Virus record (IMG/VR): IMGVR_UViG_3300030397_000298
Direction: 5' to 3' (one strand)
From: a virus
Length of the DNA stretch: 64,000 nucleotides
Part shown: one piece after another, positions 27,845 through 36,289 of the stretch
Position numbering within the stretch: the first letter of the stretch is position 1
Layout of the letters: each line of letters begins with the position of its first letter
Notes under the pieces: model-generated
The model's database searches: none
What the model saw: only the letters and a program-made list of their open reading frames with translations
What the model was told of the DNA's origin: nothing
Program-made: the position numbers and the translations under genes

Positions 27845-29044
27845 ATGATTAGAATACTAATTTTATTCCTGGTATGCTTTGAATTAAATTCACAGTGTAT
27901 AGTATTAAGTGAGCCACCGCCCCCAGGTGTGCCCATTAGTCCTTCAGCTATAAACATAACTTTCAATACAGCTAGCCAGGAAACCAGACGTAATACCGGA
28001 CCTATTAGAGTAGATGTAAATGGACTAGATACGTCTACCGGTGATTTCATTCAATTGATCATAGATGAAGTGGACGGTACCGGTACATTTATTGGAAACC
28101 TGGTAGATGTGAAATTTATAAAAGCAGGACAGATAGGAACTGATTACTTCGATGATGTAGGTAATGCATGGCAGAATGATTTTTTACCTTATATACCTGT
28201 GGGGGATCAGTCAGATATGGCCGTTAATAATGATATGGATTTCGTTTTCAATAAATTCACATGGGCCAAAGCTTTAGGATATACCTACATGGACGGTACA
28301 GATTCGGGTACTGATTGGATTAGTGCAGCAAAGCGGTTAGAATGGAAGATCGGTACTACAGATGAATACATGGACAGGGCCGTAGATTATGTGAATGGTG
28401 GTATAGGTTATACGTTTCAAAATTCAGGAACCTTTACAATTATTGATAATCGGGTAAATGCCAGTACAGCACTTCAGCCATATATGACTACAGCTACGAT
28501 CAGTCTAATTTCCCAGGGTGTGCCTACAGCTATCAATACGCCTTTTGTGGTTAGAACTTGTAACGCTGCCAATCCACACACGGTATGCCTACTTAGTCCT
28601 TCGCCCGCACCTTCTGGAATTTCACCATTTGCTTTAGGGTACGAATTAACGGCCACTATGACTAATGGAATGGAAAGTTATTTAAGAAGTATCAATGGTG
28701 TTAGGATCATGCATTTTTCAGGTGTTAATAATATGGACCCTGTTTATTCCGTAACTAACTACGATATAGATTTAGAAAGCACAGCGGCCACCGGTTTTAG
28801 AATGGTGCCGGTAGCACGGGAATTTAGTACTACGGTCATAGATCATTTAGAATTGACCCTAGACGGTACATTAACTTCATACCCTGGAATATCAGGACCA
28901 ACGGATTATAGATACATAACTGAACAGACGGTAACCTGTGTATTTGGTACCAGGTATCAGGGAAGATTTGACGCTATAAATTTTGTAGGCCTAAATCCTG
29001 ATGGAAGGATAGATTTTGAATATGAACTTCATTACATATACTAA
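27845..29044 (+). CDS. Sec-exported beta-rich protein A (paralog of 29046-30248)
   Basis: MIRILILFLVCFELNS|QCIV; ends FEYELHYIY. Confidence 0.75.
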   Translation: MIRILILFLVCFELNSQCIVLSEPPPPGVPISPSAINITFNTASQETRRNTGPIRVDVNGLDTSTGDFIQLIIDEVDGTGTFIGNLVDVKFIKAGQIGTDYFDDVGNAWQNDFLPYIPVGDQSDMAVNNDMDFVFNKFTWAKALGYTYMDGTDSGTDWISAAKRLEWKIGTTDEYMDRAVDYVNGGIGYTFQNSGTFTIIDNRVNASTALQPYMTTATISLISQGVPTAINTPFVVRTCNAANPHTVCLLSPSPAPSGISPFALGYELTATMTNGMESYLRSINGVRIMHFSGVNNMDPVYSVTNYDIDLESTAATGFRMVPVAREFSTTVIDHLELTLDGTLTSYPGISGPTDYRYITEQTVTCVFGTRYQGRFDAINFVGLNPDGRIDFEYELHYIY

Positions 29045-29045
29045 C

Positions 29046-30248
29046 ATGATTAGAATTATAGTTTTTCTACTATTTGTTTCTTCACTTAATTCTCAATGTA
29101 TTGAGATCAGGGAAATAGACCCGCCTTTAACGCCCCCGCCTGGTACTGAAGTATTCCCTTCCAGTATGAGCGTTTTTAATATCAATGAAGAACAGACTTT
29201 ACGACACAATAACCTAGCTACTCATATCATAGAAATAGATGATTTGAATACAGGCGATTTCATGAAGTTTGAAATTTGGATAGTGGATGAATTGAATGTA
29301 AGGCAACAGCGAATAGTAAACGCCTATGTAACTGATGAATACAGCTTCACAGTCTTAACAGAAAATGGGCCTGTATCAGCGGCTACCTTTGTTACATCAT
29401 ATGACGGTAAGGGGCCGTTTGGTGGCGTACCAGGTGTAGGATTCAATAAGCAGGATTTTGTACGGCCACTAGGCTATGATTACGGGGCCGGTTCCTGGAA
29501 TGGTAGTACCTGGGATTCTGAAGCTAAAAGATTGGAAGTGGTAGCAGGTACCCAATCAGTCTACATTAATCGAATGGTAGAATTGTATCACACTGAAATA
29601 GGCGTAGAAGCTACACAGCTAACCTTTCAGCTAGAATCTTATGAAACGGGCGGTAGTGTGTTTGGTACCGGTGTTCCTAATGATGATTTTTTCCCTACCG
29701 ATATTACCGGTACGCCGAATGAAGCAGGACCGTTTACATTGACTATAAATAGTGGGCAGTTCCCAAATGGACAGGCAGCTATCAGGTATGCTACAGAAAT
29801 TCAAAATGTCATGCAGACTTTGAGTTCTACAATTGAATTTAATAATGAAATGACAGCGGTACTTAACCGGCCTAATACTACTGAAGTAAGAGCTACTTTT
29901 ATTTCATTTCCTACCAGTGGGGGCGATCCTCAAAATGTCAGAATGGAAAGGGTATTTGCAGGACGGTTAGAATCAGATTTCACAGACAATACACCTAGAT
30001 TCGGATTCGTGGTAAGGGATGCAGCAGCGGTAGACAGAACAGCAGGAATTATAATATTGAATAATGGAATAGCAAACCCATTAGTTCGAAGTAATGATAT
30101 AGGAAGTCAGTTCATTTTACAACATGCGAACATACCCCATACGATGACCATAGGGACCAGGTACGCGGGCGTTCTTAGATTGTTGGATGTAGGATCTACA
30201 TTACTGTATGAACAGACCTATGAATATGAATTAAACTATGCATGGTAA
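29046..30248 (+). CDS. Sec-exported beta-rich protein B (paralog of 27845-29044)
   Basis: Start moved to ATG 29046; MIRIIVFLLFVSSLNS|QCIE; ends YEYELNYAW. Confidence 0.75.
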   Translation: MIRIIVFLLFVSSLNSQCIEIREIDPPLTPPPGTEVFPSSMSVFNINEEQTLRHNNLATHIIEIDDLNTGDFMKFEIWIVDELNVRQQRIVNAYVTDEYSFTVLTENGPVSAATFVTSYDGKGPFGGVPGVGFNKQDFVRPLGYDYGAGSWNGSTWDSEAKRLEVVAGTQSVYINRMVELYHTEIGVEATQLTFQLESYETGGSVFGTGVPNDDFFPTDITGTPNEAGPFTLTINSGQFPNGQAAIRYATEIQNVMQTLSSTIEFNNEMTAVLNRPNTTEVRATFISFPTSGGDPQNVRMERVFAGRLESDFTDNTPRFGFVVRDAAAVDRTAGIIILNNGIANPLVRSNDIGSQFILQHANIPHTMTIGTRYAGVLRLLDVGSTLLYEQTYEYELNYAW

Positions 30249-30279
30249 AAATTAAACTTGGGTTGGTTGGTCTATTATT

Positions 30280-30317
30280 GGGGGCTGATCTTGATTAGGA
30301 AGTGAAGCCCCCTTTTT
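30280..30317 (+). terminator. Possible rho-independent terminator/attenuator
   Basis: GGGGGCT/AGCCCCC stem followed by T5. Confidence 0.5.
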
Positions 30318-30339
30318 GAAAAGGTACATTAAATTGAAA

Positions 30340-30657
30340 ATGGAAAAATATACAGGCGTAATAATATGGGGTATCGGAACCCTGGTAGCTGTACTTACTT
30401 CTTTCTTTAAATTAAAATCGGATGTGAAGACGGTAGAAACTAAACTAGATCTTCATATAAGAGAGTTCAGCGAGAAAATGACAAAGCATATAGATGATTC
30501 TGAAGAGTCGGACGCAAGCATTAAGAAAAATATTAATATCTTGTATGAGCGAGAACGTGAGAATACAAAGGATCTATCTAGCTTAAAATCGGATATGAAA
30601 ACCCTTCTGAAGACCACAGAACGGATATTAAATAAACTAGACAATAACTCAAAATGA
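30340..30657 (+). CDS. Single-TM coiled-coil lysis-cassette protein (holin/XhlA-like)
   Basis: Start moved to ATG 30340; VIIWGIGTLVAVLTSFF followed by coiled coil ending ILNKL. Confidence 0.65.
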   Translation: MEKYTGVIIWGIGTLVAVLTSFFKLKSDVKTVETKLDLHIREFSEKMTKHIDDSEESDASIKKNINILYERERENTKDLSSLKSDMKTLLKTTERILNKLDNNSK

Positions 30658-31052
30658 AAAAGTATTTCATTCCCTTCATTCTACTATCAGTATGTATAGT
30701 AGCCTTATCCTACGCAGTGCAGAATATGACCTTTTGGCCTAGGCTGATTGTCACCGGTTTAGCGGGCGTAGCTCTTACCTACGGTGTCTTCGCTTTGTCT
30801 AAGACCTTTCAGCCGCCCCTACCTAGGAATTTGTCGTTAGGGGACGTTAAAAGCTACTTCCAATCAAAGATATTCTGGTTAGCTTTTGCGAACCTGGTAT
30901 CTGCCATGATGGACGGCTTATTTGATATTCAGATGACCCAGGGCGATTTAGAAGCTATAGTTAATCTAGACTGGACCAATATTCTACGGGCCGGTGGTAG
31001 TGTCCTAGCTATGGTAATTCGAAGATTTGACCCAATGAAATTACTGAAATGA
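30654..31052 (+). CDS. Putative holin (multi-TM)
   Basis: 3-4 hydrophobic segments, basic C-terminus, coupled to both neighbours. Confidence 0.6.
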   Translation: MKKYFIPFILLSVCIVALSYAVQNMTFWPRLIVTGLAGVALTYGVFALSKTFQPPLPRNLSLGDVKSYFQSKIFWLAFANLVSAMMDGLFDIQMTQGDLEAIVNLDWTNILRAGGSVLAMVIRRFDPMKLLK

Positions 31053-31837
31053 CAGATCAGCGCACGGTATGTTATGCCTGTGAATTGAACCCACAGGAAT
31101 ATAAGCTACTGAACAGTAACCGGAAGTATCCAGAACCGGACGGGGATACCTACTATTGGCATTTGTCGAACTTTACGCCCGATATGGATAAGTATAAGAT
31201 TATCCTAGCGTATGAAAAGATGATAGCCATATGGCAGCGGGCAATGGATCTAGTGGAGCCTGTAGGATCATACATACAATTTAAAAGTACTGAAGACATT
31301 TCACAGGCCCATTTCATTATCAGCTTTGGACCGATGACACATGAATTTCCTACCAGGAAAGGAACTAAGCATACCTGTGCTTTTAACTTCGATGGACCAG
31401 GCGGCGTATTGGCCCATGCCTGGGATTTAGTAGTAAAGCAGCCCTACGGGGGACAGATGCATATGGATGAATCGGAGAAGTGGGGATCTATGCATTCAGT
31501 CCATAATGGTACCATGATGACCCACCTACTTACGGTAGGCCTTCATGAGTTCGGGCACATATTGGGACTAGACCATTCCCAGATACAAGCGGCTGTAATG
31601 TTCGGCGGGTATACCGGTGAAAAGGCTTCACTTCATCCTGATGATCAGGCGGGCCTAGCTGCAAGATTTGGACCTGTTAAAAAGAAGGTCTACGAATTAA
31701 TGTACCTCAAAAATGAACAGACTGACAAACCGGCTAAGACCAAACCACCGGTAGTAGAAGAACCTGAACCCAAACCACAGCCCCCAAAGAAGCGGCTAAC
31801 CCTAGCTGATTGGTGGGCGATATTGTGGGGACGATAG
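31049..31837 (+). CDS. Matrixin / peptidase M10A (MMP-like zinc metalloprotease)
   Basis: FDGPGGVLAHA, HMDESEKW, HEFGHILGLDH (HExxHxxGxxH), Met-turn AAVMF. Confidence 0.93.
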   Translation: MTDQRTVCYACELNPQEYKLLNSNRKYPEPDGDTYYWHLSNFTPDMDKYKIILAYEKMIAIWQRAMDLVEPVGSYIQFKSTEDISQAHFIISFGPMTHEFPTRKGTKHTCAFNFDGPGGVLAHAWDLVVKQPYGGQMHMDESEKWGSMHSVHNGTMMTHLLTVGLHEFGHILGLDHSQIQAAVMFGGYTGEKASLHPDDQAGLAARFGPVKKKVYELMYLKNEQTDKPAKTKPPVVEEPEPKPQPPKKRLTLADWWAILWGR

Positions 31838-31871
31838 TTTTTTCATACAGTTCAGTTATTGAACGTTTTTG

Positions 31872-31914
31872 AGTGGGGCGTCTCTTTGTGATAAGGGGGA
31901 CGCCTCTACTATTT
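31872..31914 (+). terminator. Terminator-like hairpin closing the lysis cassette
   Basis: AGTGGGGCGTC/GACGCCTCTACT stem. Confidence 0.6.
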
Positions 31915-31985
31915 AGATCTATTCTGTATAGGGGCATGTCCCATTAATCTACCGGTAAATCTTTTACTTTTAAATAGAAGATTTA

Positions 31986-31993
31986 TAGATTTG
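31986..31993 (+). promoter_or_regulatory. Bacteroidota -7 promoter box TAGATTTG
   Basis: TAnnTTTG ending 5 nt before ATG 31999; upstream TAGAAGATT resembles TAAAAGATT. Confidence 0.65.
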
Positions 31994-31998
31994 CTTTC

Positions 31999-32277
31999 AT
32001 GGACATTTTATTAGATCTGATATTCGAACATACCTTAAGAACTAAGGTAGTTCAGCCCTTCAAAAAGGACGTTATTCTACTTTGGAAAATTGCCACATCA
32101 TTAACGATTACAATTGATTATGTAGAAAAGATCTACTGTGTTACATATGGTAACACTTCTGATAATGCCAAAACGAATAAATTACAATTTGTAAAAACTG
32201 AAGAGTTCTTAAAATCGAAAGGATATTCTAAAGTTCCCAAAACCGAAATTTATAAAAAAGATGAAGCAAAAATTTAG
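31999..32277 (+). CDS. Hypothetical protein
   Basis: ORF directly after the promoter. Confidence 0.6.
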   Translation: MDILLDLIFEHTLRTKVVQPFKKDVILLWKIATSLTITIDYVEKIYCVTYGNTSDNAKTNKLQFVKTEEFLKSKGYSKVPKTEIYKKDEAKI

Positions 32278-33166
32278 AGATACATCATTAAACCCAAAGT
32301 CCCTAGCTAGATTAGATCTTATAAATTCTATTTTAGAAGACTACGATAGCCAGGGGTATAGACTAACCCTAAGACAGGTTTATTATCAATTGGTTTCGCG
32401 GGACATCATACCGAACCGGCAAAATGAATATAACAAGATTTCCCGCCTTCTGACTGAAGGTAGAATGGCAGGTCTAGTAGATTGGGATTTCATAGAAGAT
32501 CGATTAAGGCAGGTAGATAAACCTACTACCTGGAATAGTCCTAAAAGTATTCTACGGGCTGCTATGAATCAGTTTGCTTACAATCGATTAAAAGGGCAGG
32601 ATACCTACGTAGAAGTGTGGGTAGAAAAGGACGCCTTAAGTCAGATTGTAGCCAGATCTGCACATAAGTACCAGGTACCGGTATTAGTCAATAGGGGCTA
32701 CGGTAGTGTGTCCGCTATTTATAATGCATACGAAAGATTCAGGGATGAATTATATGACCATGAAGAGGCTGTAATATTCTACCTGGGAGATCATGACCCA
32801 TCAGGTTTAGATATGATTCGAGATATTCAAAGTAGGTTACGGGAAATGTTAGCTTATGATGATATGGATTCTCAATTAGAAGTGAAGCCTATCGCTTTGA
32901 CGATGGATCAGATAGAACATTATCAGCCACCGGAAAACCCCGCTAAATTGACTGATACCAGGGCACCGGACTACGTAGCCGAACACGGGTATTCATCCTG
33001 GGAAGTAGACGCCTTAGAACCTTCTGTATTGGATGAAGTAATTACCGATAGTATAGAATCTGTAATCGATGTAGAAATGTATGAAGAGATCGAAGAGAAG
33101 GAAGCAGATGTAAAAGAACGGATGGGTAAATTAATTGATGATTTTAATGAAGACGAAGAAGAGTAA
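32261..33166 (+). CDS. Spo11/Topo VI-A-like TOPRIM protein (JetD/DUF2399-like)
   Basis: LTLRQVYYQL (catalytic Tyr helix), VWVEKDA, NRGYGS, YLGDHDPSGLDM, WEVDAL. Confidence 0.85.
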   Translation: MKQKFRDTSLNPKSLARLDLINSILEDYDSQGYRLTLRQVYYQLVSRDIIPNRQNEYNKISRLLTEGRMAGLVDWDFIEDRLRQVDKPTTWNSPKSILRAAMNQFAYNRLKGQDTYVEVWVEKDALSQIVARSAHKYQVPVLVNRGYGSVSAIYNAYERFRDELYDHEEAVIFYLGDHDPSGLDMIRDIQSRLREMLAYDDMDSQLEVKPIALTMDQIEHYQPPENPAKLTDTRAPDYVAEHGYSSWEVDALEPSVLDEVITDSIESVIDVEMYEEIEEKEADVKERMGKLIDDFNEDEEE

Positions 33167-33177
33167 ATTATAAAGTA

Positions 33178-33387
33178 ATGAAACAAGTATTAGGATTTGC
33201 AATTTTAATAGGGGCAGCTTATTTAATTCTTAAGATCCCAGATCAGCATTTATCATTTTCAATTATAATAGCTACGCTTTGGAAAATTGGTTTTGAATCA
33301 TACGGATTCAATAAAGGCGAAAAAGCTGATATGATGAAGTCCTTAAAAGAGGTAAGGGAAATTTTAGAACAGGGAATGAAAAAATAA
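33178..33387 (+). CDS. Small membrane protein
   Basis: Two hydrophobic segments. Confidence 0.65.
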   Translation: MKQVLGFAILIGAAYLILKIPDQHLSFSIIIATLWKIGFESYGFNKGEKADMMKSLKEVREILEQGMKK

Positions 33388-34172
33388 TGAATAAGAGACA
33401 GGCGAAAGTAAATTTTCTAATTTGTGGTGTTCAGAAAGCGGGCACTACAGCCATATACGAATACCTGAAGCAGGTTAATGAAGTATGTGTAGCTGATCCG
33501 AAGGAATTACATTTCTTCGATCATGACCCTTATTTCAATCCAATAAATGAGGGTGATATAATGCACCCTGGTTTATACGATTGGTACGAAAGTAGATTCA
33601 ATATTGAAGAACATCATAAAGCAGTGGGTGAAGTAACGCCTATCTATTATTGGTGGGAAAATTCTATGTATCGAATTAAAAAGTACAATCCTTATATGAA
33701 GGTAATTGTAATCCTGCGTGACCCTATAGAACGTGCTTACGCACATTGGAATATGGAAAATGGAAGAAGTGCTGATGTAATGTCTTTCAGTCAAGCTATA
33801 AGATTTGAACAGTCTAATGTATTTCCACAGCATAGGGTATTATCATACATTGCCAGGGGGATGTACTACCACCTAGTAAAGGACATCCTACAGATGTTTT
33901 CAGATCCTTTGATTATTCCGTATTCTACCTTCAGTAGAAAGGGGGACGGTCCAGTACATGAAGAAGGCAGACAGGTTAGAAGACTGCATGATATTTTGAA
34001 ATATATAGGTGTAGAAGATTTGAATAAGTCCCATATAGATTTCACAGCTAGGCATTTCGAAACTGACTATAAGCACGGCCCCATGAAGGCTTCTGATCGT
34101 CACTACCTGGAAAATGTATTTAAGCATGATACAAAAATGGTTTTGAACTTGCTTAATTGGGATTCATTCTAA
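33387..34172 (+). CDS. PAPS-dependent sulfotransferase (HS3ST/Sulfotransfer_1-like)
   Basis: 5'-PSB GVQKAGTT, KELHFFD, GEVTPIY, 3'-PB ILRDPIERAYAH. Confidence 0.92.
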   Translation: MNKRQAKVNFLICGVQKAGTTAIYEYLKQVNEVCVADPKELHFFDHDPYFNPINEGDIMHPGLYDWYESRFNIEEHHKAVGEVTPIYYWWENSMYRIKKYNPYMKVIVILRDPIERAYAHWNMENGRSADVMSFSQAIRFEQSNVFPQHRVLSYIARGMYYHLVKDILQMFSDPLIIPYSTFSRKGDGPVHEEGRQVRRLHDILKYIGVEDLNKSHIDFTARHFETDYKHGPMKASDRHYLENVFKHDTKMVLNLLNWDSF

Positions 34173-34284
34173 TGTTATTTTTTAGTATAGCAGTGGCAGC
34201 CATAAGCCTAGGTTATTACTTAGATCAAAAGTTTTCCACATAGTTACCAACATAGGTTAGTATTCATTATATTGTGAATGATTT

Positions 34285-34326
34285 ATGGAAAGAGGCCAAA
34301 GGCTTAAACCGGCGGTCTCTTTTCAT
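34285..34326 (+). other. 13-bp RNA hairpin upstream of helicase
   Basis: ATGGAAAGAGGCC/GGTCTCTTTTCAT, two G-U pairs. Confidence 0.6.
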
Positions 34327-34355
34327 CTAATTCACTTTCCTAAATCATTTGAACT

Positions 34356-35663
34356 TTGACGATTGACTATCAGAAGATCGTCCTACGATACCTGTTTCAA
34401 AACAGTAAGGGACGCTTCTACATACAGCATTTAGACGAATCGATATTTGATGATAAAGTAGATAAGGCTGTATTCGTACTTCTGAAGGAATATTATAAAG
34501 TCTATGACGTCAAACCTTCAGAACCTAATATCAAATTCTTTTTAGAAAAAAATTCCTTAAATCATGACTTCGATTTCATAGAGAAGTTGAAAGGGATAAT
34601 TTCAAAGTACTACATAGCCCTAGATCCTGATCAGCAGATAATAGAAGATACTCTATTAGACATGTGCAGAAAGAAGATGTTAAAAGAAATCTTCATTAAT
34701 AACGTGTCGTTAATTGAAAGTGGTGACGATCAGTTTTTCAAAAGACTTTACAAAGATGTTTCCAGGGTAACTAACCTGGATGCAGAATCTACAGATTCAA
34801 ATGGTGTATTCTTATCTGATGAAATTACAATCCTGGAAGAGTCTGTACAAAGCCACCCCACACTATTAAGACAATTGAATAGAATGACAGGCGGCGGGGG
34901 TTTCAAAATTCCAGAACTTATAATCTTCTTAGCCGGTCCCAAATGTTTTAAAACGGGGATCATGCTTAACCTAGCTTTAGACTTCACAGAATGGGGGCTA
35001 AATGTATTCTATGCTGATTTTGAAAACGGTGTCCATGCCCTGAAGGAAAGGGTAGACCAAAGGCTACTACATTGTGGTGAAGGTGATGTAGATAAGCACA
35101 GGGGCATACTATCAGAGATTAAGCAGAAAAGAAAGATGTTACGATGTGGGGATATTCGATTTGAAAGATTTAAGGCCCGTAAAGATACCCTGGATGCTGT
35201 AGAAGCTGCCTTAGACAAATTGAAAATAGAACATGATTGGGAACCGGACGTAATCATATATGACTACATAGATTTAGCTGAAGCACCCAGGGAAGCCGGT
35301 AAGGATAAGCGGCTGAAGATTCAGCACAATTACCACCAAGCAATTAACATTAATGAAGAACGTGGTACGTTCTCTATTTCAATTTCAAAAATGAAAGCCA
35401 ATTCATTTAATAATGAGTTTGCGACAATCAGAGATTTTGGGGAAGATTCAGAAAAGGCCTATAACTGTCATAGGTCTTTTTACATTTCCAGAACTGAAGA
35501 AGATATAGAACGGGGGCTAGCTAGGATTTTTGCCCTGGTCCAAAGACAGGGAATTTCATTTTCTAAAAAGGTCTACTGTCCGATTAAGATAAATGAAGAA
35601 ATCCAAATGATTGAAGAGATTGACATAGAACGGGTATCAGAAGAAGAAATTACAGACCTATGA
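34356..35663 (+). CDS. dnaB: Replicative DnaB-like (SF4) helicase
   Basis: LNRMTGGGGF..ELIIFLAGPKCFKT, ADFEN, PDVIIYDYIDL, GEDSEKA. Confidence 0.85.
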   Translation: MTIDYQKIVLRYLFQNSKGRFYIQHLDESIFDDKVDKAVFVLLKEYYKVYDVKPSEPNIKFFLEKNSLNHDFDFIEKLKGIISKYYIALDPDQQIIEDTLLDMCRKKMLKEIFINNVSLIESGDDQFFKRLYKDVSRVTNLDAESTDSNGVFLSDEITILEESVQSHPTLLRQLNRMTGGGGFKIPELIIFLAGPKCFKTGIMLNLALDFTEWGLNVFYADFENGVHALKERVDQRLLHCGEGDVDKHRGILSEIKQKRKMLRCGDIRFERFKARKDTLDAVEAALDKLKIEHDWEPDVIIYDYIDLAEAPREAGKDKRLKIQHNYHQAININEERGTFSISISKMKANSFNNEFATIRDFGEDSEKAYNCHRSFYISRTEEDIERGLARIFALVQRQGISFSKKVYCPIKINEEIQMIEEIDIERVSEEEITDL

Positions 35664-36289
35664 GAATTAGAAGTATCAGAGATAATCAGCATGATACCAT
35701 AAGGGATATTATAAAATTACATATTCCACAGGGTTACTTTGATTTAGATATGACCTACAGTAAGGGGGTGTTTTATCGTCCTGATGACATCCCCGAACCC
35801 ACTTTCAAAATTGATATTGAACCACAGGTACCGGACGTACTGAAGATGGACTGTAGGAAAATGGATTTTGTAGATGATAAGTTCAAAGCGATAATGATAG
35901 ATCCCCCTTTCCTATTTACTTCGAAGTCCTACAAAACCAATAAGGAAGGATCTAGTATTACTACTAAGCGTTTCGGACGGTACGATAGTTGGGATGATCT
36001 GAAGGACAATTATTATGCCTACCTGAAGGAAGCGTATAGAGTACTGAAGAAAAAAGGCGTCCTGGTATTTAAGGTCCAGGATTCGGTATCTTCAGGAAAG
36101 CAATTCATGACCCATATCCTAGTGTGCAATTACGCCCACCACCTAGGGTATTATTCAAAGGACATTTTTCTGACACGTTCGAAATCAAAAGTGATTTCCC
36201 CTAATTGGAAAAATCAGCACCATTCAGACAAATATCATTGTTATTGGTGGGTGTTTCAAAAAGACGGTAAAAAAGTAAGCTATGAATAG
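35660..36289 (+). CDS. DNA methyltransferase (N6-A/N4-C type)
   Basis: DLDMTYSKG, IMIDPPF, EAYRVLKKKGVLVFKVQD. Confidence 0.88.
   Translation: MRIRSIRDNQHDTIRDIIKLHIPQGYFDLDMTYSKGVFYRPDDIPEPTFKIDIEPQVPDVLKMDCRKMDFVDDKFKAIMIDPPFLFTSKSYKTNKEGSSITTKRFGRYDSWDDLKDNYYAYLKEAYRVLKKKGVLVFKVQDSVSSGKQFMTHILVCNYAHHLGYYSKDIFLTRSKSKVISPNWKNQHHSDKYHCYWWVFQKDGKKVSYE

Noticed and set aside
13196-30248. Type IX secretion C-terminal domains on the exported proteins
   Set aside because: No YPNP...G.Y.V.I...K CTD pattern at any of their C-termini
34172-34243. 23-aa hydrophobic ORF MLFFSIAVAAISLGYYLDQKFST
   Set aside because: Plausible, with a TAATG overlap, but too short to support without expression data
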